DNA from: Actinomycetota bacterium
GTDB taxonomy: Bacteria; Armatimonadota; SYMT01
Direction: 5' to 3'
Assembly (NCBI GenBank): GCA_005798285.1
Contig: SYKE01000102.1
Span: 1 to 53,514 of the forward strand
DNA: 53,514 nucleotides
Under the pieces are notes generated by a model that searched no databases, was not told where the DNA came from, and was given only the letters and a program-made list of their open reading frames with translations. The translations under genes were made by a program, and so were the position numbers. Below are positions 36,113 through 46,600 of this stretch, one piece after another. How positions within the stretch are numbered: the first letter of the stretch is position 1; each line of letters begins with the position of its first letter.

Positions 36113-38620
36113 TCACTTGCGCTCTCCTTCGTAATGGACCCAGCGCTTGCTGCCGTAGAGATTCAGGGCGGTGAGGCCGGCGACCACGGAGAAGATGAGC
36201 CAGGCCCAGGCGCTGGCATAGCCCATCTTGAAGTACTGGAACGCGTTATTGAAGAGGTAGAGAATCGGCACCATCGTGCTGTCCACCGGGCCCCCGGCGC
36301 CGTCGGTCATCACGTAGATGTCCGTGAACCGCTGCAGCCAGCCGATGGTGCCCATGATCAGGTTGAACAGGATGTAGGGGGTGAGCATCGGCAGCGTCAC
36401 GTGCCGGAACCGCGAGAGGGGACCGGCGCCGTCGAGCGAAGCGGCCTCATACAGATGGAGCGGCACGCCCTGAAGGCCGGCGAGCCAGAGGATGATTCCA
36501 CCGCCGGCGCCCCAGAGGCTCATCACGATGAAGGCCGGTTTCGACCAGATCTCGCCTGCGAGCCAGGTCGGCGCGGGCCAACCGAACCAGGCCGAGAGGG
36601 TGGCCCGCCACACCTGGTTCAGCACCCCTGAGTCAGGGTTCAGGATCCACATCCAGAGGAGCGCCATCGCCACGACTGGGGTGAGGCTGGGCAGGTAGAA
36701 GAGGGTCCGGTAGATCGGCATCCCCTTCACCTTCGCATTGAGGAGCAGCGCCAACCCCAGACTGAGGGCGATGGTGCTCGGGATGCCGAGGCCCGCGAGG
36801 AAGAGGATGTTCTGGAAGGACTTGCCGAGCAGGGGGTCCGAGAACATCCGCTGGTAATTCTGCGGGCCGACCCAGCGGGGCGCGTGGAGCACATCGTAAT
36901 CACAGAAGCTGAAGACTACCGAAGCGACCATCGGCCCCAGGAACAGGCAGAGGAAGCCGATGATCCATGGGAGCGCGAAGAGATAGCCGGCGGTTGCTTC
37001 GGTGCGCAGTAGGGGCGCGACGCGGCCGCCCTGGCGGCAGTGCATCACGAAGAGGCCGAGCAGCACGACCAGTACTCCCAGGCATGTCGCCACCGCGACT
37101 CCGGTGTTCAGGAACGGCTGTCGCTCGCGGTTGTGAACCAGATCCAGCTCTGCCTGAACGATCGCGCCACCCGCCCTGAGCGCATCGCCGGGAGAGGCCT
37201 TGCCGTGAACCGCCTCGTCGAAGGCCCGACGATGCTCGTCCCACAGTCGCTGCCCCACAAACGTGACGGGTCGGAAACGGGCATACGGCATCATGTCGAG
37301 GCCGACCTTCATCCCGTCTCGGAGCCGGACCGCGAGTGGAGAGTCGCCTTCCGGCGCAAACTCCTTGAACAGCACTTCGTTGATCCGCCGGTTGGCATGC
37401 ATGTCCGGCACGTACGGGCGAGGCGGGTCCTGCTCCTCATTCCATTTTTTCTGGACTCGATTGAAGATGCGGCGGCTTTCCAGGCTGTTCATCCACTTGA
37501 TGAACTCCCAGGCCTCCTTCACGTGGCGGCTGCCCGAAGGAATCGCGAACGAATGCCCGCCGCTCCATGTGATGAACTTCGGCTGCCCCTTGAACCGGCC
37601 CTCACCCCGCAGACGGGCTGCGGGAACCGGGGCCGGCGCGACGCCGAACTCCAACTTGGGACCAAACCGCGCCACGTTGCGAATGAAGACGTTGATATCG
37701 ACCTTCATCGCCATCTTGCCGGTCAGGAACGGATCCTGCTCTCGCGGTTGAAAGGTCGACGCGAAGCTCATCACACTCTCGGCGCCGGAGAGCTCGCTGT
37801 AGAAGTCGGCCATCCACTTGAGCGCTTCTTCGCTCTCGGGGGTGTAGAGGGTGCAGGTCTGACCATCCGGCGACATGAACTCGCCGCCGTTTTGCCACGC
37901 GTAGAGGTAGAACCAGCTATTCCCGTAGGTCGGAACCACGGGGATGAAGCCGATGCGGTCGAACACGCCATCCGGTCGACGCTTCGTGAGCTTGCGGGTG
38001 ACGTCGAGGAGCTCTTCCCACGTCTGCGGAGGTTTCTCCGGATCCAGACCCGCCTCCCGGAAAAGCGCTTTGTTGTAGTACAGGAGCCGATCGTCGGTGC
38101 TGTCCGGAATCGCGTAGGTCTTGCCCTCGTAGACGGCCTCGGTCCAGCAGGCGGGGTAGTACTCGTCCGGGTCGATGTGGCCCGGATCCGACTTCGGGTT
38201 GCTTCCACCGTTAGGATCGAGCAGGTCATCCAGGGGCCGGAAGGTATCGCGTGAAGCCCAGTCGCCGATCGTGAAGCGGTCCTGCCGTACGAGGTCCGGA
38301 GGCACGTGGCCCACGATGCTGGTCATGAGCTTCTGGGCGTTCATGCCCCCTGCGCCCATGGCGAGATTACGAACGCGAATCTCGGGGTGAAGGCGCTCGA
38401 ACTCGCGGATCTGCGCGTCGAGACCCTTTGTTTCCTCGCCCGAGGGCAGGCCCCAGACCACGAGTTCCGTCTGTCCGTGGGGCCGGGATTGCCAGGCGGA
38501 ACGAAGACCGAAACCGAGGACGGCCAGGATTGCCGTGAGAGTCCCCAAACGGGACAGCCAGACCTTGAACGGCGACTCCTGCAATGCGACACCCTCGTCC
38601 CAAACAGCGATTCGAGCCAC
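36113..38620 (-). CDS. Fused sugar solute-binding protein + MalF-like permease
   Basis: SBP_bac motifs (YEGKTYAIP, LYYNKALFREAGLDPEKPPQTWEE) followed by permease motifs (GYLFALPWIIGF, LYEAASLDGAG). Confidence 0.9.
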   Translation of the reverse strand: MARIAVWDEGVALQESPFKVWLSRLGTLTAILAVLGFGLRSAWQSRPHGQTELVVWGLPSGEETKGLDAQIREFERLHPEIRVRNLAMGAGGMNAQKLMTSIVGHVPPDLVRQDRFTIGDWASRDTFRPLDDLLDPNGGSNPKSDPGHIDPDEYYPACWTEAVYEGKTYAIPDSTDDRLLYYNKALFREAGLDPEKPPQTWEELLDVTRKLTKRRPDGVFDRIGFIPVVPTYGNSWFYLYAWQNGGEFMSPDGQTCTLYTPESEEALKWMADFYSELSGAESVMSFASTFQPREQDPFLTGKMAMKVDINVFIRNVARFGPKLEFGVAPAPVPAARLRGEGRFKGQPKFITWSGGHSFAIPSGSRHVKEAWEFIKWMNSLESRRIFNRVQKKWNEEQDPPRPYVPDMHANRRINEVLFKEFAPEGDSPLAVRLRDGMKVGLDMMPYARFRPVTFVGQRLWDEHRRAFDEAVHGKASPGDALRAGGAIVQAELDLVHNRERQPFLNTGVAVATCLGVLVVLLGLFVMHCRQGGRVAPLLRTEATAGYLFALPWIIGFLCLFLGPMVASVVFSFCDYDVLHAPRWVGPQNYQRMFSDPLLGKSFQNILFLAGLGIPSTIALSLGLALLLNAKVKGMPIYRTLFYLPSLTPVVAMALLWMWILNPDSGVLNQVWRATLSAWFGWPAPTWLAGEIWSKPAFIVMSLWGAGGGIILWLAGLQGVPLHLYEAASLDGAGPLSRFRHVTLPMLTPYILFNLIMGTIGWLQRFTDIYVMTDGAGGPVDSTMVPILYLFNNAFQYFKMGYASAWAWLIFSVVAGLTALNLYGSKRWVHYEGERK

Positions 38621-38696
38621 CGTTCAACAGGGAGTGAGGGCTTCCCTTTGGGTCGCCGGCCGGAGCGCGCGTGGAATGTGGATGAATGTGGCGGAA

Positions 38697-38735
38697 CGGC
38701 GGCGGGGGATTCGGATCCCGAATTCTCCGCCGCCG
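38697..38735. other. Intergenic GC hairpin within the minus-strand operon
   Basis: CGGCGGCGGGGGATTCGG-ATC-CCGAATTCTCCGCCGCCG. Confidence 0.5.
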
Positions 38736-38755
38736 CCCCGGCTGCGATGCGCCGG

Positions 38756-39553
38756 TTAGCGGGCTCCGCAAGCCTGCAGGCATGCCTGCATGTGGCCCCG
38801 AGTCTCCGCCGCGATGATGCAGCATTGCTCGATGCTGTATTCCTTCGCGCCGATGACCTCGAGATTCACAGGTCCCGTGTAACCGGCTTCATGCAGCACC
38901 CGGATGTAGCCTACGAGATCGATATCGCCTCGGCCATTCGCCTGCATCTCGGGCTTTCCCGGTCCCTGCTGGCGGCCCTTGCAATCGCGAATGTGGACGT
39001 GCTTTACCCGGGAAACCACGGCGGCAATCGCCTCCACCGGATTCTCGTTCGCCCGATGGATGTGGGACGGATCCATGTCGATCCCGAAAGCGGGGGACGA
39101 GATGGCCTCCATCAATCGCAGGGTGGTTGGGGTGTTCCAGATCGCGTTGCCGACGTGAGCCTTCACGCACAGCACCACGCCATAATGCTCCGCTCGAGCC
39201 ACCAGGCCGCCAAGCGTATCAAGCGACTGCTGCAAACTCTCCTCATCGCCCGACTTGCCGCCCGGACCGCAGTTGACGATCGGGATACCAATCTCCACCG
39301 CTGCCTGGAACGCCAGTTCCATTCGCGCCGCATCTTGCGACGGCTGCTCCATCGCGAGAAGTTCCAGCTCATAGGTTGCCGCCAGCGACTTCACGCGAGG
39401 GGCGATCTCTTGCCAGCGATCCAGTACCAGGTGCTCACTCATGCTCGGGATTGCAGAGACCTCGATCCCGTCATATCCCGCCATCGCCAGGTACTTGAAC
39501 GCCAGCTCCTTGTCGTATCCGCCGAACAGGACGGAATTCGCTCCAAGCTTCAT
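38756..39553 (-). CDS. Sugar phosphate isomerase/epimerase
   Basis: AGYDGIE, DMDPSH, HVHIRD, GRGDID, GYTGPVNLE. Confidence 0.88.
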   Translation of the reverse strand: MKLGANSVLFGGYDKELAFKYLAMAGYDGIEVSAIPSMSEHLVLDRWQEIAPRVKSLAATYELELLAMEQPSQDAARMELAFQAAVEIGIPIVNCGPGGKSGDEESLQQSLDTLGGLVARAEHYGVVLCVKAHVGNAIWNTPTTLRLMEAISSPAFGIDMDPSHIHRANENPVEAIAAVVSRVKHVHIRDCKGRQQGPGKPEMQANGRGDIDLVGYIRVLHEAGYTGPVNLEVIGAKEYSIEQCCIIAAETRGHMQACLQACGAR

Positions 39554-39646
39554 CGGTTCTCCCATCACTTCGGGCTGCCCTTGCCCGTGCCGTAACTTCT
39601 TCCGAAGGATGCGGTGATACCTTTATTTGAAGTGGAAGGGAACCCC

Positions 39647-40426
39647 ATGCTTACGAATGCGTACCTCTTTGCCGCCGCGTTGATCGCAGGCGCGACTCTG
39701 GCTGCGATTCCGTGCGTCGACGCGCGCGCCGCGGAGCGGCCCACCGGATTTCTGAATCGCGAGGCGCGAATCGGAGATCAGGTGCTCCCGTATGTCGTCT
39801 ACGCTCCGCGAGATTACTCTCCGGATCGCAAGTGGCCGGTCATCCTCTTTCTGCACGGCGCAGGGGAGCGGGGCGAGAATACCCTTCCTCCGAGCCAGGT
39901 CGGCATCGGTTCGGCCATCCGCCTGCATCCGGAGCGCTTCCCGTGCATCGCCGTCATGCCGCAGTGCCCGAGAGGCTCCGGTTGGGGCGCGGCGACGGGT
40001 TTCACTCCGGACTCTTCTCATGTCGCGGCACTCGCGCTCAAGGCGCTGGATGAGTGTGTGGCGGAGTACAACGGCGACGTGGATCGCGTGTATCTCACCG
40101 GACTTTCGATGGGAGGCTTCGGAACCTGGAGCATCGGATCCAGCCAACCGACCCGCTTTGCGGCGCTCGCGCCGATTTGCGGTGGAGGTCAGCCCGCGAC
40201 CATGGCGAAGGCGTTGGCGGGCTTGCCGATCTGGGCTTTCCACGGGGATGCCGACACGGTGGTGCCGCCGCAGCGCTCTCGAGAGATGGTGGACGCGGTG
40301 AAGGCGGCGGGCAACGAGCGGGTTCGCTACACTGAGTTTCCAGGAGTTGCCCACAACTCCTGGGACAAGGCATACGGAGACGCGGAGTTCATCGCATGGT
40401 TGTTCGCGCAGCGGCGCGGCCGATAA
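39647..40426 (+). CDS. Secreted alpha/beta hydrolase (esterase/phospholipase)
   Basis: LFLHGAGERG, GLSMGG, FHGDADTVVP, HNSW. Confidence 0.9.
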   Translation: MLTNAYLFAAALIAGATLAAIPCVDARAAERPTGFLNREARIGDQVLPYVVYAPRDYSPDRKWPVILFLHGAGERGENTLPPSQVGIGSAIRLHPERFPCIAVMPQCPRGSGWGAATGFTPDSSHVAALALKALDECVAEYNGDVDRVYLTGLSMGGFGTWSIGSSQPTRFAALAPICGGGQPATMAKALAGLPIWAFHGDADTVVPPQRSREMVDAVKAAGNERVRYTEFPGVAHNSWDKAYGDAEFIAWLFAQRRGR

Positions 40427-40457
40427 GGAACCGTTCCGAGGGGCGACCGGAGCAGGG

Positions 40458-43400
40458 TTGAGCGTTCGCTGGCACATTGAAGTGCTGGGTCGCTTTCGGC
40501 TCGTCGGCGGGGAGACCGAAATCGTTCGGTTTTCATCGCAGCGGGCAGCTTGTCTGCTCGCCTACCTCGTCTGCCGCAAGGGAGTTCCCCAACCGCGAGA
40601 GGTCTTGATTGAACTGCTCTGGCCGGAATGCGATCCGGCGTTGGGCAGGAACCGCCTGAGTGTGGTGCTGTCGTCGCTTCGACGGCAGTTGGAGCCGCCG
40701 GGCGTCTGCCCCGGAGCCGTCCTGGACTCCAATCGCCAGTCTGTGCGTCTTTGTTCAGACGGGTGCACCACGGATCTGGAGGCGTTTCTCGCGGCGGAGC
40801 GCGCCTGGCGACGTGCTCCTGCGGAGGCGCGAACGGACTGCCTGATGCGGGCGGCCCGGCTGTACGTGGGGGAGCTGCTCCCTGGACTGTACGATGAGTG
40901 GGTCGAGGTCGAGCGTCGGGCAATTCGCGAGCTCTCTGCAGGACTGGCTCGCGATCTCCGGCGGATTGTCCGTGAAAATCCCGGGCGGCTTGATAGGGAG
41001 CCGGGTGTCGAGGCGGAAGCAATCCGGCTCTCGCGGTTGTTGGAAGGCGCCGGGTCGGGTTCTGCTTCCGCTTTCGAGGCCGCCGAAGGCTTGTGTCACG
41101 GTGCAACCTCACTGCAGGAAGAGTCGGTGCAGGTATCGTCGGACCGAACTCCCGCCGGTCGGGCGCGTCGCGCGCCGTTGCCTCCGGTCGATCGGACCTA
41201 TGTGGGTCGCCGGGTGGAGACGGATCAAGTGGCAGGCTTGCTCCGATCCAGCGGGCTGGATGAGCCGGCGCGCCTGGTATCCCTCGTTGGGCCGGGCGGC
41301 GTGGGGAAAACTCGGCTCGCCGTTGAAGTTGGAAACGTCCTGGATCCGACCTTTGCGGGGCGAGTCGGGTTCGTTCGATTGGATGACGCTGAGAATCTGG
41401 AGCAGGCGGAGTCTGCCTTGATCTCCGCGCTGCGCCTCACCCTGGTCGGCGAAGAGAGTCTTGCAGAGAGACTGGGACTCTATTCGGGAGACGGGCCGTG
41501 TTTGTTGATCCTCGACAACTTCGAGCAACTTGTCGAGGTGGGTGGTCCGGAGTGGTTGAATGCGTTGTTGGAGTCGGCGCCAACGCTTCAGTGCCTGGTA
41601 ACGTCGCGCCGACTGCTTCGCATTCCCTCGGAACACGCCTTCTCCGTTGGCCCCCTCGAACTCCCTGAGGGAGAGGCCGTCAGCCCCGAGGAGGCAATGA
41701 ACTACTCCGCAATTCGACTGTTCGTGGCGCGGGGACAGCAGGCGCGGCCGGACTTTCAGATTACGCCTCAGTCCGTCTCCGCGATCGTCCGCTTGTGCCG
41801 CCGCCTCGACGGGTTACCTCTTTCGATCGAACTCGCAGCGGCGCAAATGCAGGTGACCACCCCCGCGAAGCTCTACGAGCGTCTCGGATCCAATCAGGCT
41901 CTGGTGGGAAGTCGGCGGCGAGCAACTCCGCCGCGCCACCGCTCCCTGGATGTCGCGTTTGCCTGGAGCGTGGATCGACTTTCTGATGACAGTCGAGTCG
42001 AGCTTTGCAAGCTGGCGATGTTTCGTCGAAGTTGGGATGCCCCTGCTGCTGAGTTGCTGTTGGGCTCCAACAACTGTGCCGAACAGTTGAGTTCGCTCGC
42101 GGAGTGGTCGCTGATTCAGCCCTATCAGAGCGCTGTGGGGGTCCGCTTCCGTTTGCTGGATACCCTTCGCGCCCACCTGAGGGAGTTGGCGGACTTTTCG
42201 CAAGATGTGGGGTTGATGGCGCGGTTTGCGGGTCACTTTGCTGAAGTAGCCGCCGATCTGAGTGCAAATCTGGTGAAGGGTGACGCGAGTGTCGTCCTGG
42301 CAGAGTTTGATGCGGACTACGCCAATATGGAGTACTCGCTGGTGTGGGCGCTGGAGCACCAGCCAGACCTTGCGGTCAGGTTGTCCTCGTGTCTGGGCGC
42401 TTACTGGCACAGCCGGGGGCTCTGGGTGCAGGGGCGGAGGCTGTTGGAGTCGGCCATCGCTGTCGCTCCGGACTCTCCCCGTTTGAGACTGCACCTCTGC
42501 AGGCTGCTGGAGCGGCTGGGGGAACACAACCAGGCTGCCGACGTTGCGGACGTGGCGCTGCGCGGATTTCAAGAGCTTGGGGATCGACTCGGTGAAGCGG
42601 ATGCCCTCTGTGTTCGGTGCAGCGGAAGTGCCGCGGATCGACGAGAGAAAGGGCTCCGGGCCCTGGCAATCTACGAATCGCTCGGGAATCTCCGGGGGGC
42701 GGCTCGTGCAGAACTGAATGTGGGCATCGCGGTTCGAGATGGGGGAGATATTGTCGATGCCCGTCATCGCTTTGCGCGGGCGCTTCGCCGAGCGCGGGAG
42801 GCCGGCGATCTGTTGATTGAGGCGGAGGCTGCGAATGCACTGGGCGTCTCCGCCCTCGATCGGAGGGACTGGTCGACCGCCGAGACGCTGCTTCGCACGG
42901 CCCTTGAAATCGCTGAGGCAGCGGGGGACCAACCATGCTGTGCGATGGTGCACTGCAATCTGGCCATCATCCTCATCCCGCAGCGCCGATCCGAAGACGC
43001 GGGCCTCCACGCCCGTGCCGCGCTTGCTGCCTATCGCCAGATGGCGGATCTGGGAGGAGTCCTCCTGAGCTTGAGATCGATGGTGGATGTCCTTCGAGAG
43101 GAGGGCCACTACAGCGATGCTCTCAGGCTGGCTCGCGAAGGGCTGGAACTGGCGGAGCGGAGAGGCAGTCGTTGGGGAAGATGCATCCATCTGGAGGCGA
43201 TGGCGACCCTGTTAACCACCGCCGGCCGAGTCCGGTCCGCTGCCTTGATGCTCGGATTCACCCTCGCGTGGCGGGAGCGGCACGGTCTGCCGATGCCCGA
43301 TGAGCTAATGGAGATGAAAGCGCTGATCGGGGAGGCGGCTGGCAGCCGGTTCGAGGAGTGGCTCTCAACCGGAGCACAGTTGAATCTCGACGAGGCGCTC

Positions 43401-43481
43401 GCGCTCACCCTGGAGCTTCCGCCGCGGGCAAGAGTTTCCCCAAAACAGCAAGCCGACCGGCGGCCGGAGCGCTGCGACTAA
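40458..43481 (+). CDS. AfsR/SARP-type regulator: wHTH + shortened BTAD + STAND NTPase + TPR
   Basis: REVLIELLWPE, GPGGVGKTRLA, LILDNFEQL, LDGLPLSIELAA, C-terminal TPRs; TTG start with GGAG. Confidence 0.88.
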   Translation: MSVRWHIEVLGRFRLVGGETEIVRFSSQRAACLLAYLVCRKGVPQPREVLIELLWPECDPALGRNRLSVVLSSLRRQLEPPGVCPGAVLDSNRQSVRLCSDGCTTDLEAFLAAERAWRRAPAEARTDCLMRAARLYVGELLPGLYDEWVEVERRAIRELSAGLARDLRRIVRENPGRLDREPGVEAEAIRLSRLLEGAGSGSASAFEAAEGLCHGATSLQEESVQVSSDRTPAGRARRAPLPPVDRTYVGRRVETDQVAGLLRSSGLDEPARLVSLVGPGGVGKTRLAVEVGNVLDPTFAGRVGFVRLDDAENLEQAESALISALRLTLVGEESLAERLGLYSGDGPCLLILDNFEQLVEVGGPEWLNALLESAPTLQCLVTSRRLLRIPSEHAFSVGPLELPEGEAVSPEEAMNYSAIRLFVARGQQARPDFQITPQSVSAIVRLCRRLDGLPLSIELAAAQMQVTTPAKLYERLGSNQALVGSRRRATPPRHRSLDVAFAWSVDRLSDDSRVELCKLAMFRRSWDAPAAELLLGSNNCAEQLSSLAEWSLIQPYQSAVGVRFRLLDTLRAHLRELADFSQDVGLMARFAGHFAEVAADLSANLVKGDASVVLAEFDADYANMEYSLVWALEHQPDLAVRLSSCLGAYWHSRGLWVQGRRLLESAIAVAPDSPRLRLHLCRLLERLGEHNQAADVADVALRGFQELGDRLGEADALCVRCSGSAADRREKGLRALAIYESLGNLRGAARAELNVGIAVRDGGDIVDARHRFARALRRAREAGDLLIEAEAANALGVSALDRRDWSTAETLLRTALEIAEAAGDQPCCAMVHCNLAIILIPQRRSEDAGLHARAALAAYRQMADLGGVLLSLRSMVDVLREEGHYSDALRLAREGLELAERRGSRWGRCIHLEAMATLLTTAGRVRSAALMLGFTLAWRERHGLPMPDELMEMKALIGEAAGSRFEEWLSTGAQLNLDEALALTLELPPRARVSPKQQADRRPERCD

Positions 43482-43515
43482 GGTTTCCCTAAGGGATACC
43501 GTGCCATCTTACGAT
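43478..43515 (+). promoter_or_regulatory. Candidate SARP-binding direct repeats plus -10 element
   Basis: CTAAGG at 43478 and 43489 (11-bp period); TACGAT at 43510-43515. Confidence 0.45.
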
Positions 43516-43687
43516 GGTGATCCGGGGCCTCTCCCACCGTTGGGCAACCTCCAGGCCTTGTGTCGGCCTCTGGATCACCGCCTGATCACTTTGCGTTGGC
43601 GATAGTCTGAGCACAGCGGCACAGATCGTCGCTCCAAAACAACATCCGGACGCGGACAGAGTCCGTGGGCCGGTGGGGTAGCAGCTC

Positions 43688-46600
43688 ATGGGGAACCGTC
43701 GCTTGGGCGGGGTACTCGCCCTTCCAACCCTTCTGGCCGCCGCGCTCTGTGCCCACGCAGCGCCTCCCACCGCTCGCCGGGTCCGCGCCAGCGGCGCTCC
43801 CACCATCGTGCGGCAGATCACCTACAGCCAGCTCACTTCGCAGGAGAATCTGAATGTACGGATCGGCGGCAACCGGGCGCCCGTCATCAGCGGCGCCGGG
43901 AACCGCGTTGCTTACGCGCTCAGTTCAAACCCCAATCGGGTCTTCGTCGTCGACTTCGACGGCAGCAACAACCGTGAGATCGACACTTACGCTCCTCTGG
44001 TCTTCACCGATCCCATCCTGAGCATTTCCGAGGATGGCGGTACCGTCGCGATCAGCGACGAAGTTCAGATCCGGGTGGCCTCCGCCGATGGCGCGGTAAA
44101 GCGAACCCTGATCACGCTGCAGAGCAACGAGATCAACCAGATCCGCCTGGCAGGGAACACCGGGAAGGTCTACTTCACCGTCTACCGGGACACCCAGACC
44201 ACCGGAATGGCGCCCATTCAGCGGGGAATCTGGCGAATCAACATTGATGGGACCGGACTGCAGCAGGTGGTCACTCCCGCCATGGTGGCGGGGACGGTCG
44301 GACTGCCCGCCAACAACCTCGCCTTTTTCGGAGACGCGAACAATTGTATGGACGTCAGCGATGACGGCGGCCGGATCGTCTTCACCACGCGTGTAAACGC
44401 TGCAGGCGATCGGTTCTCCCTCTTCACTTGCGGCGGCGATGGCAGCGGACTGATCCGTCAGAACAGCAGCGAGATCTTCATCGAAAGCATTGCCATCAGC
44501 GGCAATGGCGCCCGGATCGCCTACAAGGTTAACTACGTAGAGTTCCAGCGCCTCTTCACTTGCGATGCTGCCTTCAGCAGTGTGATTCAGTTGGCGGGGA
44601 GCGGCGAGGGATTGGTCGGCGTCGGAAACGGCGTGCTTCCGTCGGCAGACAGGCAGACGCTCAGCTTCGACGGGTCTCGGTTGCTGGCGGGTTCGTCGGG
44701 GCTGGTCTTCGCGGCGGACGGCTCGTCCGCATTCCCGTTGGGGCAGCGTGGAACAGACATTCCGGGCAAGTTTCGTATTACGACGGAGTACTTCGAGAGC
44801 GGAACGATGAGTTCGGACGGCAAGCGCTTTGCCTACATCCCTCCGTTCAACTTCTTCGTGGCGGACCCGGCCAACTTCAATCGCTTCAGTCAGGTGGCTG
44901 TGGCCGAACTGGACGCCGCCTCGCTTGGGCCGTGCCCCTCCGTAACGCAGCCTCAGATCACCCCACCGTTCATCTTGCGAGACGGCTCCACGCGAGCGAC
45001 GGTCTCTGCGGCGATCGCTGGTGGTCTCGGGACCATCCAGGGCAATTACGTCCAGGTCCTGTCCGGCAACAAGACACAGGAGCAGGACATCTTTGCAGAT
45101 CCGCTTGAGGATGGCGGGATCAACGGCGACCTGGTGGCGGGAGACGGGATCTTCACTCACAACGAGGTTGCCACGAACCGCAACTTCACCACGGTCGCGT
45201 TAGGTCCCCGTCCGGTCCGGATTCAATGCGATAGCCGCACTGCAAGTGGGCTGCGCCGCGCTACGGTGCTGGATGTGGCGCCGCTCGAAGTCGTCACCAC
45301 GCATCCGAAACCGGTCGTCTCAGCACTCTTCCCCCGAAGGGCCCGTCGCGGTGGAGAGGTCAGTCCCGTGTTCCTGCAGGGGACCAATCTCTTCGCGCCG
45401 TCGACGATCAAAGTGCTGCTTGCCGGCACTTCGGACCCGAATTGCGTTGTGACCAACGTTTCGGTGCTGGATGGGTCTACCCTCACCTTCACGCTGACGC
45501 TCGGGGCCGGCGCGGCATTGGGAGATCGCGTCGTTCAGGTCTCGAACCTGGGTGGAGACTCCACGACGGTCGCCTCGGCTCTGAACACATTCACCGTGAC
45601 GGATCTTCCGGCGCCTCCGGACACGGATCATCCGGCGATCGTCGACAACTCCGTAACGCCCACCGATCTCACCAGCGCCGGTGGAACGGTGAACTTCACC
45701 GTCGACGTGCGGGACAACGTGGGAGCCGCCGCCGCGGAGGTTCGGATCACCGATCCTGACAACACTCAGCGAACGGTGACCCTGACGCCCGTCACGGCCA
45801 GCATTCGAGCACAGGGCACACTGACCCGGTTCTCGGGTAGCGCAGCGTTCCCGGCGAACACGGGGGCCACGCGGAAGCGGCACCGGATCGCGTTTGTCGC
45901 GAAGGATGCAGCCGGAAACACCGCCGGGCCCGTGAATGCGCCGTCGGTGTTTGTCGATCCGTCCCCCACGCCGGACACCGATGAGCCTTCCATCACCGCC
46001 AACACGGTCGTGCCGACGGATTTGCCCGCGGGCGGCGGCAACGCTGCCTTCACCCTGGATGTGCGGGACAATGTGGGAGCAGCTTCGGCAGAGGTTCGTA
46101 TCACGGATCCAGACAACAACGTCCGCACCGTGGCGCTCTCGGTGAGCGCCTCCGGCGTCCGACCGTTTGGAACACTCACCCGTTTCTCGGGCTCTGCGTC
46201 GTTCCCCGCAAACTCGACGATCGCTGCGAAACGGCACCGTGTGGCGTTCTTTGCGAAGGATGCTGCCGGGAACACCGCCGGACCGGTGAACGGCACTGCG
46301 GTTACGGTGGCAGCTTCGGCGTCTCCGGACACCGATCCCCCTGCCGTCTCCGAAAACAACGTGGACCCCACCGACCTGTCCTTCGAGGGGGGTGACGTGA
46401 CGTTCACGGCCGACGTTCGGGACAACGTCGAGGTGGCGTCGGCGCAGGTCCGGGTAACCGACCCGTCCGGCGGATCTCAGACCATCAATCTCACCCGGCT
46501 CTCGGCTTCGATCACCGCCCAGGGAGTGCTGGCGCGATTCACCGGGACGACCACCATCCCCGCCAATTCAGCGGAGACGGCCAAACGCTACCGGGTCCAC

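Noticed and set aside
37040-39595. Long plus-strand ORFs (404 and 429 aa)
   Set aside because: Antisense shadows of the SBP-permease and isomerase genes
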